Shown here piece by piece: positions 21,415 through 34,605 of a stretch of 64,000 nt of DNA. Source of the stretch: Monocercomonoides exilis PA203. Lineage: Eukaryota > Protista > Preaxostyla. The notes beneath the pieces were generated by a model. The model searched no databases and was not told the DNA's origin. It saw nothing but the letters and a program-made list of their open reading frames with translations. The stretch lies in assembly GCA_001643675.2 (NCBI GenBank), contig LSRY02000003.1, positions 930,001 through 994,000 of the forward strand, in the 5' to 3' direction. Both the position numbers and the translations under genes were made by a program. Positions within the stretch are counted from its first letter, which is position 1; each line of letters opens with the position of its first letter.

Positions 21415-24400
21415 TCAGACTTGCTCACTCTCCTCTATTTCTGTCAACGATTGAATCACTTCACCCAAAGTGAGTCTGCAATCTGGTTCATCTGCCCACA
21501 TCTTCTCCATCAGTTCAATCAACTCTTCCCTTTCGATTCCTTCTGTCAGCGGTCGTACTCCGTCTCTCATCATCTCCTGTGCTTCCTCAGCATCACACTC
21601 GCTCAAAGGTACTTCCCCAGTTGTCATTTCATGGAGAATCAGTCCAAGTGTGAAAGCAACTGCCTGTTCAATTCCCTCATCTTCGTTTCCCACTTCTGGT
21701 GCCTTCCATCGCTTCATTTCCTCTTTCTGCTTTTCATCCTCCAATTCCTCTGCCAAAACAAATATTTCATTTGTTTCTTCCTCGACAAAGATTGTATATG
21801 GGCACAGCTGCCTCGCCATCATTTCCACTCTTTCATCATCAACCGAAATCAAATGCTCAAATAGCTCTGCCACTGCCAAAACCACCTCTTTTCCATCAAC
21901 AAGATCCATCGCTCTTGTTCCCAATGTGAAATTGCCTTGCACTGAATGAATCACTGAATGCAATGTTTTGATATTCTTCTTTTCCTTCTCTCGAAATGGC
22001 TTCTTCGCTGATATTACATTGAATGAATTATTTTGTTGAACATCAGAAACAGAAGCATTCTCTGAAAATGGCAATGGAGGTTCCAAATCTGGAAGATCAT
22101 TTTCATTCAGAATTTCATCCTTGCTCATTGAAGGAGGCTCTGGAAGATCTTCTTCATTGTCAATGAGAAGTGGAATTTGGCTCGTCATTCCTTCCAGTAA
22201 TGTTGATGGCATTTCACTCATCTCAAAGCTCCCTCCGTTGTTTTCCCTTCTTCTCTTCTCAATCTTCCCCATTATCTGCTCATTTTCTAATCTCTCTTTT
22301 TCAACTTTCCTTTCAACTTCTTTCAGTTTTTTTTTCATCAGCACAACAACCACAACAAACAAAGCAACAAAAATTAAAAGAGCAACAACACAGCCAACAA
22401 ATGCAAATAAGCTCCATTCAATTTTGTTTTCTCCTTTTGAGATTATTTCATCATCTTTTGGTTGAGTAATACTTGCATTCTTCAAGATGAATGATTGCGT
22501 TGATGAAGGAGATTCCTTATTTCCAAACAGAACGCACACGCTCACTTCTATTTCATTTCCACAACCACTGATCAGATCTCTTGCCACACTTCCTTCTGCT
22601 TCTCTTTCTGATAAAAATCCATTTGAATCAAAATCATAATGTTCAATCTCTTTCTCTTCTCCTTTCCTCTTCACAACTGAGAATGACAGATTGCATGGAA
22701 GAAGAAGCATTCCTTTGAATGTCAGCTTCATTCTATTTGTCTCTTCTTTTGCTTCCACACTTTCCAGCACAGGAATGAAGAATGATGAATCTCTCTCAGA
22801 AACAATCCCTTCAAAATTGCACCCTTCATTCAACATCCAAAGTGATGTGCTTCTCTCCAATCCATCTCCTCCTTTCAAACTCACCACATTCAATGTTCCT
22901 GAATCTGAACAAATGATATTCCTTCTCAGTGATGGATATCCTTCAATTGATGGATTATTGTTCTCAAATCTTCCATCATTAACAGTCATTTCCCCTCCAC
23001 TCATCGTAATTCCACCTTCTGGTGAATTCGACAATGTTGTATCTTTCATCATCACTGAACTCTTCACAACTTCAACAAGAGATCCTTCCCATCTGCACAT
23101 CTCTTCTTCCTCATTCGTTTTCCCATTGATTTTCTTTTCTCCGCCTTCACCTCTTTCTCCATCAAACATGCATGCCTCAAGCTGCACTTCCCTGCTTTCT
23201 CTCATCTCCATCATGCTTCCTTTCCCATTCATATTCACGCATTTCGCAAACGAGCAATTAGTCACTCGTATCTCTTCTTCTGCTCCATCAATCACCATCA
23301 CACATCCATCCGTCAACAGAGAAATATTCTCAAACCTCATTTCTTTCATCTCAAACTCTGCTTTCCCTCCAACAACAACAACAACATCTGCATCTCCTTC
23401 ACACATCACGTCCCAAATGTTTGTTTCTCCCATCAGCACTTTCGACTCTTCACACAATACAATCAATGATGCTCTCACATGCAAACTGCTGAACTCTATT
23501 CCCCACATATTCAATTCTCCACTTTCCACACTCACAATCGTGTTGCCCAACTTCAGCTCAACAGCAGATGAAATAAACTCACAACTTCGCATCTCCATTG
23601 AGCCATTTTTCACTTTCAAAATGAACTTGTGACTTGCCTCAAATTCACCTCCAAACTCAAATGAGCATCTTTCCACTGCACTCTCATTCACAAACTTCAT
23701 GATGCTGTCCTCCTCTGATGTTTTTTCTATCTTCCCATCAAAATGGATCTTCCCCTTTGCTTTCTTCACAGGCTCCATCCTCACATCCCCAATCACACAT
23801 TCTCCTCCTATCTTCCCTTCTCCATCAATAAGAATCATATTCACAACACTTCGTTGAATGTGTTGCACGCCATTGCTGATGCTCTCACATGGCGCATCCT
23901 GTCTTCCACATTGCACGCTGTCGCTCCCTTTCACTGAGACAAACACCTGTGCAGAATAATAGAATGTGATCAGCGGAATCAGATCAACATCAATAGTCCC
24001 TTCTCCATCACTCCCACACATCGAGTTGTTCAACTTCAATGATTCCTGACTGAAGTCCAGCAAAAACAGTCTTTCATTGATCTGCGAGGCAATCGAATCA
24101 CATCGGATGAACACATCCTTCCCCACAAACGCATCATTCATCATGAATCGGATATTCTCCAATCTCAGCCCAAGTGGTGGTATTTCCTTGTTGGAGCATT
24201 CCACATTCGGGTCAAGTGCATCAATCATCATCCCTCCTCCCCTACCATTCCCTGTCGAGCACACACACATCCCAAATGAGCATCCTCTCACTTTCACCTC
24301 TGACTCCCCTCTCTTCATCAACATCTTCATCCCTCCCCCTTCCAAGCTTCTCTCGCTCATGCACTTCGTCACCACGCACCCTTCGATCTCACATTCCATC

Positions 24401-27400
24401 CCAGATGAAAATGATCCCACACTCATCACACATGCTCTGCTCTCTGAACATGTGATGTTTGTGAACGAGGAGTCGTTCACTCTCACCCTTTGCTCTGTGT
24501 TTTCTTTTGCTTTCTTGATCAACATGTTTGAAGTGGATGGCTGACTCAGCGAAATCAAACTGTTTCCTGATATTGTTGTGTTCGATATCGTCATATTCAT
24601 CACATCAACACTTTTCACATCTGTTGTGAATTCCACAAACCCTTTTGCCAAATTAAATTGAGAAAGGGTGCAATCCTCAATCACCACACTCCCTCCATCT
24701 GCTTTCATTAAACAATATTTCGTTTCCTTTGTTGCATCCTCACAAATAAATGAGCATCTCATGATGGAAAGTGATGTTGCTGAGGATGAAGTTGAGTGAA
24801 TGAGCGAAGAGTGATGCAAAAGCTCGTTGGGAAGAGAAAATGAAATATTGGTGAATGAAAGACAAACATTCAATGTTATCATTCCTCCTCCTTCTTCTTC
24901 TTTGCCTTCATTTCTTCCCCCCTCACTCACTTTCAAACCTGTGCCTTCTTTCTCTCCCTCAATTGATACAACTGAAGTTTTTGAAGAAGATAATAACAAA
25001 AATGATATTGCTTTCTGGAGCAATCCTGATCCCACAATGTTGACGTGTGATTCACCTTCTCCAAGTGGTTCATATCTCAGTGAGACAAGATGATCAATCG
25101 ATGAGCATGGTGCTTCAGAAAACCCACACCCACTGAAGTCTCCTCCTTTTTCCTTCGAAGCAAACCCATACCCACTCCAGTTAACCCACAAATACACAAC
25201 CAGTGGAATCACATATCCCTCCTCTCCTGTTGTCTTCCTCTCCCATCCACACAGCTCATCCAATGACTTCAACTCCCCTTCACTCATCTCCCATTTGAAG
25301 TTCCCTTTGTTCACAACCTCACTCAGATCCCATCCTGAAACAAACATGTTCTTCCCTTTCCAAGCATTGCACCTTTCAAATATCATTTCTTCAAGCACAA
25401 AGGATCCAATCTCTTCAGGAAGCTCAACGAATATTCCTCCTCCCATTCCTCTTCCTCCATCCTCTCTATCCTCTGTTGGCACTTCACATTCTGATAATTT
25501 CACATTTTTCATTTCCAAGTTCCCCACATTCCCCACTGATATCATCATCCCTCCCCCTTTCATTCCACTTCCACCTGAGCATCTTGATGAAAAATTGCTT
25601 TCTTCAATATTCACATTTCCTCCTTCTTCATTCATCCCAACATTCAAACATCCTCCTCCACTCCCACCAACCATTTCCACCTCCACTCCATTCACTCTGC
25701 TATTCATAATCTCCAATTGAGCTCCACTTGTCATTGTGATTGGTGATTTCCCATTCACCTTCAGTGTCACTGAACCTTCCATCACAAATCCATCAACAAT
25801 CAGATTCCCTCCTGCCATCTCAATGATGCTGTATCCTATCTTTCCATCTGTCATTGCCCCACTTTCAAATGAGACTGAACAGTTTGTAATTTTGAGTGTT
25901 GATGTTGAGTGAATGAATGCACTTCTCCTTGAATTCAACTGACCTTTCACAACAAATGAAAGTCTCCTCATTGTCAGTGAACTCGAACAGCCAACAATAT
26001 AATCTTGTGCAGCCGATCCTCCATCACTCACATTCACTCCTATCCTCTCTCCATCGGATGACATTATTCTGCCTGAAATTATCACATCAAATGATGGTCC
26101 TGTAATTTCCTTGGTTATTGACGAAGATGAGACAATTTCTATTTCATTCACAGTGCTGCTCATTCTCGAGTTCGCACAATAATCAACTGTCAAACACCTG
26201 AATTCATCAAATCCACAATGATTGTGGTCCTTCCCATATCCTCCACTCCCATCAACAATCACCTTTGTTCCCATTGTGCACAAATACGCAAAAAGTGGAA
26301 TCACTCCACTTTCATCCCCATTTTCACTCCCGCACAGTTTCAACACATCTGATGGAATGGTACTTGTGTCAAAAAATGAAAATGAGCTGGTATTCACTTT
26401 TGACTCCAAAAGCACACCACCCCCACAATGAACAAACACATCCTTCCCATATTCTGCCACATTCTCATTCAATTTCGAAAACTCAACATCTTGTCCAATT
26501 GTCAATCCACATCCTCCACTCTCCATCAACACAAACATCCCTCCCCCTCTCCCTCCATTTCCCCCATAATTCTCTGCCTTATTCCCATCAATCACACTCG
26601 ACCCATTCACAACCACTTTCCCATTTCCCTTCAATCCAACATATATTCCTCCTCCCTTTCCACCAACACAACTGCACCCATTCACATTGCATCCATCAAC
26701 TGTCAACGTTCCACTCGTTCCAACTGTTCCTTTCATCCATCCTCCATCTCCCTCATTCTTCACAACTCCACTGATATTGCATCCTGAACAAATCACACTC
26801 ATCATTCCTTCTGAAAATTCAATCGCTGAATGATCATTGAATGTCAGCCCTTCTTCAATCACAAATCGTTCCATTTTCAGACTCCCGCTCTGCGCATTCA
26901 CAAAACTGTATCCAAATGATACACTCGATGTGCTCTCTGATATATGAGCAACTGAGCAGTCTGTGAGTGTGAGTGATGAGCTGGTTAAAGAAATGAGTGA
27001 TGTTGCACTCGATAACGAAAATGGAATTTGGAACGCAATGTTCTTTATTGAACTCGCACTCTGAACATTTATCAAATACGAAGATGTCATTCCGCTCGGC
27101 ACCCTCACACTCACATCCGTCTTGTTAATCCCACAATACACCTCCCATTCATATAACCCCGCCATCGACACAACTTCTCCCAACTCAAACCCCGAATCCA
27201 ACACAATGTTCTTCTTTGACGAACTGAATCTGTTCTGTGAAGCAAACGCGATCGTTTTGCATGGAAAATACCCAAACCCACAAAACCACGAGTCATACCC
27301 TCCATACCCATTAACCACATTCCCCACATGTGCTGCTCCTGAAAATGCATCAAAAAACACATTCAATGGGAATATTCCCATCCCTCCCTCATTCCGGTCA

Positions 27401-30197
27401 TATCCCATCAGCTCATCATAAACAGACACATTTCGCGAGAAATTCAGCTTTGTGGTTGTTATTGTCCCACTCACTAGCCTGCTCCCATTCACAAACACAT
27501 CTTTCCCTCCCAATGTTGCACTGCAACCAACAAAACTCACTGATGTTATTGCAAAATCAAATGAGTTATCTGCCAGCCACAGCATCACCCCTCCTCCATA
27601 TCCACTGCACTTTGTTTTGTTGAATTTTGTTGTTCCTCCACTGTGTGATGTTGATGTTCCAATTCGAGCTTTGCTTGATGGCGCTTCCAACTCAACTTTA
27701 ATCCCTCCTCCATTCCCATTCGCACACTCACACCCTTCCATCGTTGTATTCCACACCACAAATGTCTCTCCACCCTTCACACTCTTTGCTATCACAACCC
27801 CGCCCCCTGTTGTCCGATTCACATTCCGAATTGTCACATTCCCCAGCAAACTTTCTCCAGATGAAGATCCTGCTGATGATGGCTCAGCAAACAGAGGTTG
27901 ATTCATTTTCATATTTTTGATCTCCACATCAATCATCTTCAGCTGCTTCAGTGCAACATCAAACACAGATGACGAAATTCCACTCCCTCCTGATGTGGAA
28001 GAACTGATCGCCACATCCTCCAGCAAAAGAGTCCCACTCCCCACAGACACCACAAACACACTCGGTGATGGGCTTCTCATCGAGTTGTGATCGATCCCCA
28101 CATGCCCCACCTCCAGTTTACCAGTAGATATGCTGAACAGCGTTGGCGAAGAGGTAGAAAGCGCACTTGTCCCAATCACGCTCACTGTCTTCCCTCTCCC
28201 AACAACAGAAATCTTCTTTTCCCCAACATTGATTGCCGCCCCTTCACTCACATGCCTCCCTCCCTGCACCGTGACTGTCGAGCTCAGCTGTGCCATGCTC
28301 GACTCCACTGCATGCCCCACTGTCTTGCAAGGAGTTGCCTCGCTCATTCCACACAGATTGCTCGTGTCACTTCCACCCACCCCAACATACCGATCCTTCA
28401 TTCCTTCCTTCAGCCAGTCCTTCTTTTGTGTTTCCTGATACACCCAACTGCTTGAATAATATCTATGGCACACCCTATAATCATTGCTGTTCGTTGTATA
28501 TGATTCATAAAAAGGATTGCTTGATGAGAAGAGATTGTAATAGTCCTGGAAAAGCACATCATGGCCATATGGAGTGGAAGCGTTGCAACTGCAATTATGG
28601 AAGAAGAAGAAATAGCAATAATGATAGTTGCTTGGAAGTGTTGATTGACTTGGAGCGAAGTTCATGCCTCCACCATATGATACTGCTGAGCATGAAATGA
28701 ACCGCATGCTACTCATTTTGAATGCAGCTGGAACATTGTAGAAGCACATTCCTCCGCCAGAATCATTTGTAAGTGAGCACAAAGTGAACAAGCACTCAAA
28801 TACACAAGAACTCTCCCCTTTGCCACTTTCCGTTCCAATACAGGTAGATCCAGAAACCTGAAAAGATGCCAGATAAAGTCCTCCACCATTATTTTTTCCA
28901 TTGCAGCTCGTGAATTCACACCCACTGATCCTGACACAAGAAGCTATCGAATAAACATACATTCCTCCACCACCATAATTTCTGGAAGAACAATCATTGA
29001 ATGAGTTGTTCTCAATCTTTATTGAATTAATTGCATAGCACATGATTCCTCCCCCATCATAATATGCAGTGCAATCGTTGAATGAGCAATATTTCACTGA
29101 AAGAGTTCCCGATGCCAGATTATACATGTAAATCGCTCCACCATTTGAAGTTCCATCTGAATAAGAACTACTTGTCCCAGTAGTTTTCGATCCATTCCAC
29201 TCGCACCAAGTGAACGAATTTGCCCCATTGTTTGTCTGATTCTGTCTCTCTGGTCTCGAAGGATTCCCATCACTCCCGCTGACTGCAATGTTCTCAGATC
29301 GAAAACATCTGACAAATGAAGTGTTTGAGGCAGATAATGAAGATGAAGGGTTGTTGAGTGAGGAAACAATTCCCCCATCATACACATCCCAAACAGATGA
29401 AAACGAACAACAGCCAATAAAAGTGGAGCTGGCTTGCATGGGAGCTGATTGGGGCGGTTGAAATGGATGAGGTGATGAAATGTTTGCGAACAAAGAATGC
29501 TCCAAGAAAATGAAGCTGCTGCCAGCGCACCCCACAAACGGACAAGAAGCAACAACGAACGAAGAAAACGCACAAAGCGCAACAGAAATGGTTGTTTCGG
29601 ACACAGAGTGAAATGGAGGTTGGCACGCCTCGACAAGCGAACTCACAAGCCCATTCGCCAATGATGGAAGCACACTGACGTTGCAAAGCATAACCCGGTT
29701 GCCTCCTGCTGCCGAAAGGATCGGAGATGAAATGCCAAACCCTGTGCGAGAAGAGACGACCAGGCACGACCAAACAGCCAAAGACGATGAATCAACAACT
29801 TCGCAAATGTGTTTCTCAAAAGTCGGCTCCAAATTCAGGCTTCGCAATTCCAGGCTTGTATTCGCTTCAATAATAGCTGTGCGTATTTTGTTGGAGCTAC
29901 TGACGCAATAAGGCACACAACCGTCTGCCCAAGGCTCCTCGGCTGCAAGTTTTCTATAATTTTCATTAACGAAATGAAATGTGAGATTTAAACTCAAAAA
30001 ATAGGAATATCACTCTTGACACACGTTTTTCGTGCGTGTAGAAAAATATCGCTTCCCGACCCTTCGGTACCTTCTCTAAAAACACATTCGTTGCTATTTG
30101 AGAATACTCCAACATAATTGCAACTAAACTCTGCATACTCTTTGCTATTGCACTTTAAAAATAGTAGTATAGTCAGCAATAAATATGCCATTCTCAT
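21415..30197 (-). CDS. Large single-pass surface protein: signal peptide, beta-helix (pectin lyase/Pmp-like) repeat modules, TM helix, C-terminal kinase-like (pseudokinase) domain; frame break near 29996
   Basis: N-terminal ORF 30197-29994 (MRMAYLLLTILLFLKCNS, signal-like) overlaps the 2860-aa ORF by 4 nt. Five G.D...CG....(P)C.T/S caps, many GGG(I/M/V)(Y/F) and F..C.A..G.DVF repeats, TM WSLFAFVGCVVALLIFVALFVVVVVLM followed by KKK, kinase C-lobe RWKAPE...AFTLGLILHEMTTGEVP...P..RLTL without HRD/DFG. Confidence 0.8.
22478..23109 (-). repeat. Copy A of a 632-bp coding repeat shared (inverted) with 57296-57927
   Basis: Reverse complement aligns without length difference to 57296-57927. Four 60-nt windows checked by hand gave 78-90% identity. 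Encodes EEEMCRWEGSLV...SFILKN. Confidence 0.92.
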
Positions 30198-30882
30198 TTA
30201 TCGCTTGTTTGGAGCAAAATACAGATTTTATTAATGCGATGATCTTTTGAAGCATATAATGGGGATCAAAAAAATGATGTATCTGAAAAAATTCTTCAAA
30301 CGTTGAAAATCACTTTTTAACTTGTTTATTATTCAAATATTTGACAACATAATTTATCCTTTTTTCATGGTAAACACTTATTTTTCATTATTGTCAATAA
30401 TTTTTTTAAAAAATAAAAATATAATAAAATTGTTGTTCAGCTTAGAAAATATTAATTATCGATGAAGTTTTATTTTTATAATTAATTTTCAACTTCTTTT
30501 TAGAAATATTGCATTTTGAATGTTCAAAATTTCAACATAATGAAAAATCGATAATTGGCTGATCGTCTAAAAGTGCAAAAATTGTATCGTTTAATCAACG
30601 TTTGTGAAAAAATTAAAAAATTCAACCCCCAACATATTTTTTTCGTAAATAAACATGAAAATGTTATCTTTTCGGAGAAATGTCTTTTGAATAAAAAAAA
30701 CAGATGATTGTTTTCAGATTATTAACTTTTTTCATTATGTTAATATTAATGAAGTTTTTAATTTTTGGAAAGGAAATTTACATTCTTAAGTTGAATTAAT
30801 ACCAGTTGTTTGAATAATTTATGTTTCAGATGAGTGCAAAACAAAAACTTTATATATTTATCATTTTTTCTGCACCAAAAAT

Positions 30883-31165
30883 AATTCTCAAAATATATGT
30901 GGCAAAATCTTTTACTTCAAACATTTTCATTGAAAAATTATGAACTTTTTATTGACTTTTTGAGATCAAAAATCACAATAAAAATGAGTCCATTTTTTGA
31001 CATTCGTGAAATATTAAAAACCTTTTTGTTTTGATTTCAACAATGCATGTTTGCAGATATGAAAATCAAATTTTTTTGAAATATGAGGGATCAAAACAAA
31101 GTTGTGAGTGAAACAATTTTTCAATCCATTGTGCAAAAAAAGCTTGAAAGTCCATATTTTCCCAC
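30883..31165. repeat. Non-coding dispersed repeat, inverted copy at ~62063-62340 (probable transposon-derived relic)
   Basis: gatcaaaaatcacaataaaaatgagtccattttttgacattcgtgaaatattaaaaacctttttgttttgatttcaacaatgcatgtttgcagatatgaaaatcaa matches the reverse complement of 62161-62265; flanks ttgtgcaaaaaaagcttgaaa and aattctca also match. Confidence 0.85.
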
Positions 31166-31167
31166 AT

Positions 31168-31411
31168 ATGTCCGAATATATTTGAAAAGTTCCTTTTGTT
31201 TAATTTTCAAATAAAATAAAAGATTCATATTTCGATCAAATTTTTGTTCCCACTTATGAAACTTTTCCAGAATGGAAATAATAACATTTTCGTAATTTTG
31301 TTTTCTAATACCAAAATTTGGTGAGTGGGAACAGATATTTGATCGAAATATGAAATTATTATTCTATTTGAAAATTTAACGAAAGGAACTTTTCAAAAAA
31401 AATTTAGACAT
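31168..31411. mobile_element. Palindromic (foldback/MITE-like) element, ~88-bp arms and ~65-bp spacer
   Basis: Left arm ttgaaaagttccttttgtttaattttcaaataaaataaaagattcatatttcgatcaaatttttgttcccactta (31182-31256) vs reverse complement of the right arm (31322-31395) ttgaaaagttcctttcgttaaattttcaaatagaataataatttcatatttcgatcaaatatctgttcccactca; pairing extends outward to atgtcc/agacat. The MITE label is inference. Confidence 0.7.
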
Positions 31412-31429
31412 TTATTTATCGAAAAAAAT

Positions 31430-31801
31430 GGTGGACACTTTCAATAACGGTGGACAGTTGCATTTTCTCAACAACCATTGATAGTTGCATTTGTATAATA
31501 AACCCAACTATTCCCTCATAGAATATGAAATAATATGAATTGTTTCAATCACACATCAAACACAATGAGTAATAATAATTTTTAATTTTTATTTCCAGAG
31601 AAACTCGGAGTAATAAATTTCTCCGAGTCTCTCTGAAATTTTAAAACGTTAAGTTTTTTATCCTTGGGAGAAAGCTGTTTCATTTTTGTATGACTGATAA
31701 GTTCATATTCAATGAAGGAATTGTTGGGATAATTGTTGAATGTCAATTTTCAACGGTTGTCGAGATAATATTGCTATCCGCAGTTGTTGTAAACGTTCAC
31801 T
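31430..31801. repeat. Second, more decayed ~370-bp imperfect palindrome with a central hairpin
   Basis: Arms ~31430-31534 and ~31697-31801 are about 70% complementary (e.g. cccaactattccctcatagaatatgaa / ttcatattcaatgaaggaattgttggg). Inner hairpin atttccagagaaactcggag-taataaattt-ctccgagtctctctgaaat (31591-31639) has the same axis (~31615). Confidence 0.75.
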
Positions 31802-32544
31802 ATAAAAAACACTTACAAAAATTCGTTCAAACAAAAATAAACAATAATTATTATTTTTATCATCATAAATTGCAACAAAAAATATTTACAAAATAAAATA
31901 AAAATTGATTGTCCATATCAAACGTTATTTCATAAAAATTCATCAATTCCACGATTTGATTTTTCTTGGGAAAAGTGAATATCAATGTGTTTGTTGACAA
32001 ATAATATTGTTCGAAATTCAAATTCTCATCCTTTTCACGAATAATGATAAAATATAACATTTTAATCGCTTTCCAATACTCAGCCTAAAACCTATTTTTC
32101 ACACAAGATAATTTTTTTTTCCGAAAAATTATCAATTTTTATATTTTCGAATAAATAGTTTAACAATTTCGAATAATAAATGGAAAAATGAATATTTGTT
32201 TTTGATCTGAACTTGTCATTCTTTTGAAAGCACAAGTGAACGAAAAGTTAAATTAGATATATTTTGACATTTATTAATTTTTTAATAGAAAATTTTTTTC
32301 GGAGAAATTCGGAGAAATCATATTGTTATTTCTCTAACAATGAAAACCTATAATGGGTATTTCAAAAAAAAATATTCTTGACAAAATTATATGAAGATAG
32401 TGAAATCTTTGGTATTTTCATTTGAAATTTGGAAAAAAGAAACATTCTATCGCTCAGAAACACAACAACCATAAAAAATTTCTTTTATAATTATTTGATT
32501 CATTGCATTTTTTGCTTTTTATTTGAAAATTAAACTGAAGACCG

Positions 32545-34605
32545 ATGATGAAAGTTATAGTTAAGAATAACAAAAATTTTGATGATGAAACATTCAGAAT
32601 AAATAGCGAATTTAATGTGATTGAAGAGATTGAGGTTCTGAAAAGAGGTAAATTTGATTGTTGTTCAAAGTTAAGGCGAATTATTATTTAATAAATACTT
32701 TAACACTTCAATTAGAAATCATGACGAAAGAAGGAGAAAAGATGAAGCGGTCGTTGAAAAGGCTTTATCATCTTTCGAAAATTGTTGATCCAAGGGACTA
32801 CGCAATTGATGATTGTTTTTCGGATGAAAACTTCAAACAAAAATTGGAAAATGATTGTGGGTCTTTTCTAAAACCTATCGAACTTGTAGCAGCGCGTGTA
32901 CTCGGACATATTAGCAGGATTCTATGTTTTGGAGGAGGCGATGAAGAAAATGAATTGCCCTTATATGCTGATAATCTTTCTGAATCGACAAAGCTTCTCG
33001 TAAAATCTATACCATATTTTTCATCAGAAGATAGATATGAAACAATTGAAAACGAACTTTCAGCTTTGGGAAAATGTAATGATGAAGATATTTGCACTTT
33101 CACAACAGCATGTATTAGACCGTATTCAGTGGATTGTGGTTTGTAGTACTGCAAAATACACATTTTCTTTATTTAAAAATTTTATTTCGTTCATTTAAGG
33201 AGCAACTCCACTTATTGGATGCGAAACTCCAGCAAAGATTTGGAAATGGCTCAATGGATATTTATCCAACAGCAATATTTCAGTCATAGCAGATGCTTTA
33301 CAGCTTGCCAAAAGTTTTTATTCTTTAGAAATCAAACTGAAACTTGGCAAAGATGTCAAAACCAACAACCTTTTAGCAGTTGATTCATTTCTGCCATTTC
33401 CATATCATTTCATTTCTTTGAAATCTCCATTTGAAGCGACCAACTGTGACTCTTCTGACTGGATTCCTCCTGCATATCATCGGGGGCCAATTTGCTCGGT
33501 TGCAATCAAAGCATTCAGATGTCTGGGCCGTTTTGCAGAAAGTTGCGAGTCAGTTTACATTCAGCTTTTTACGCTTCACGACGGAATTGTGGAGAAAGTG
33601 CTGAGTTATTTGGATTCCAGCTGGACAGAAGACGAATGGAAGGCTATATTTACAGGGAGTAAGTTTTTTGGCGCAGATTGCATCGACATATACTCTTCAG
33701 GCGGAGCAAACTTCCAGAAAATGGCGGATGGGCTGTTTTGCGAAGAGGAAAGCATCAAGCAAATGATCTCAAAATTTCAGACAGCGGCTGTTAAATGTGT
33801 TGGATTTTGGCTGTCCAAGCAAGTTTATGAAGTCATTACGAGAATTACAAAGAAAGATTTGCTGAGGCAAATAGCATCGTTGATGTGCAATGCAACAAGG
33901 GATAAATTGCGATCGGAAAGTATGGCAACGCTTTTATATGCATATGCTTCGTTGTCGTCAGGTGCAAATGTTCGTCCGCTTCACAGAAATAAGAGCAATG
34001 AGCAAAATTTTAACAGAGAAGAAAACAAATGCCTTCCTCAGCCTCTGAGAGGAAAGTTGCTAGCTGTTTTGGCTGAGGCGTGCGAGGAAGAAGGTGTCAT
34101 TGACTTTGCCTACGCTCAGATTGCTCCTGTAACTTCGGAACATGCACGCTCTTTTGAAGCAAAAGAAAGTGAGAAAATAAGAAGAAGATTGAAAGCTAAA
34201 TGCGATCCAAAGATTTGTCCAGTTTGCGCTCTGCTTGAAAGCTCAGATGCTGAAGACGATGGGACTGAGCCAGACACTGAGCCAGACTCTGAAGAAGATG
34301 AGGAAGAGAAGGAAGAGAAGAAAGATATAAACAAACACAGATATAAATACAACAACAATCACATTGATGAAGGAATTAATACCAAAGCGATTGAAAAGGA
34401 AAAAGAATGGAAAAAAGTTCTTTTTGAATGCCTAAATAGAGGTGAGATGTCCGCAAATGATTTTTCAAAGTTTATATATTCGAATTATGAGGTGAATGTT
34501 TCATTCGTAAATGAAGCTGAAGAATCTGAGGGTGAAGAAGAAGAAGAAGAAGAGAGAGAAGAAGAAGAAAATGATGATAATGAAGGGGAAGACAAAGATG
34601 ATTAA
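32545..34605 (+). CDS. Hypothetical protein ~643 aa, possibly ARM/HEAT-like helical, with acidic C-terminal tracts; exons 32545-32647, 32716-33138, 33200-34605
   Basis: GT..AG introns 32648-32715 and 33139-33199 join the two listed ORFs and an upstream ATG exon into one frame (1932 nt = 644 codons). Amphipathic helical pattern; ARM assignment is tentative. Confidence 0.7.

Noticed and set aside
21421-28700. Many long antisense/overlapping ORFs in the receptor genes (e.g. 22691-23632, 57148-57714, 58549-59376, 50511-51344)
   Set aside because: Expected by-products of extreme strand skew and codon bias; low-complexity translations with no motifs.
31690-32060. Small ORFs in the AT-rich spacer (also 20634-20825)
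   Set aside because: No motifs or splice support; one overlaps a palindrome arm.
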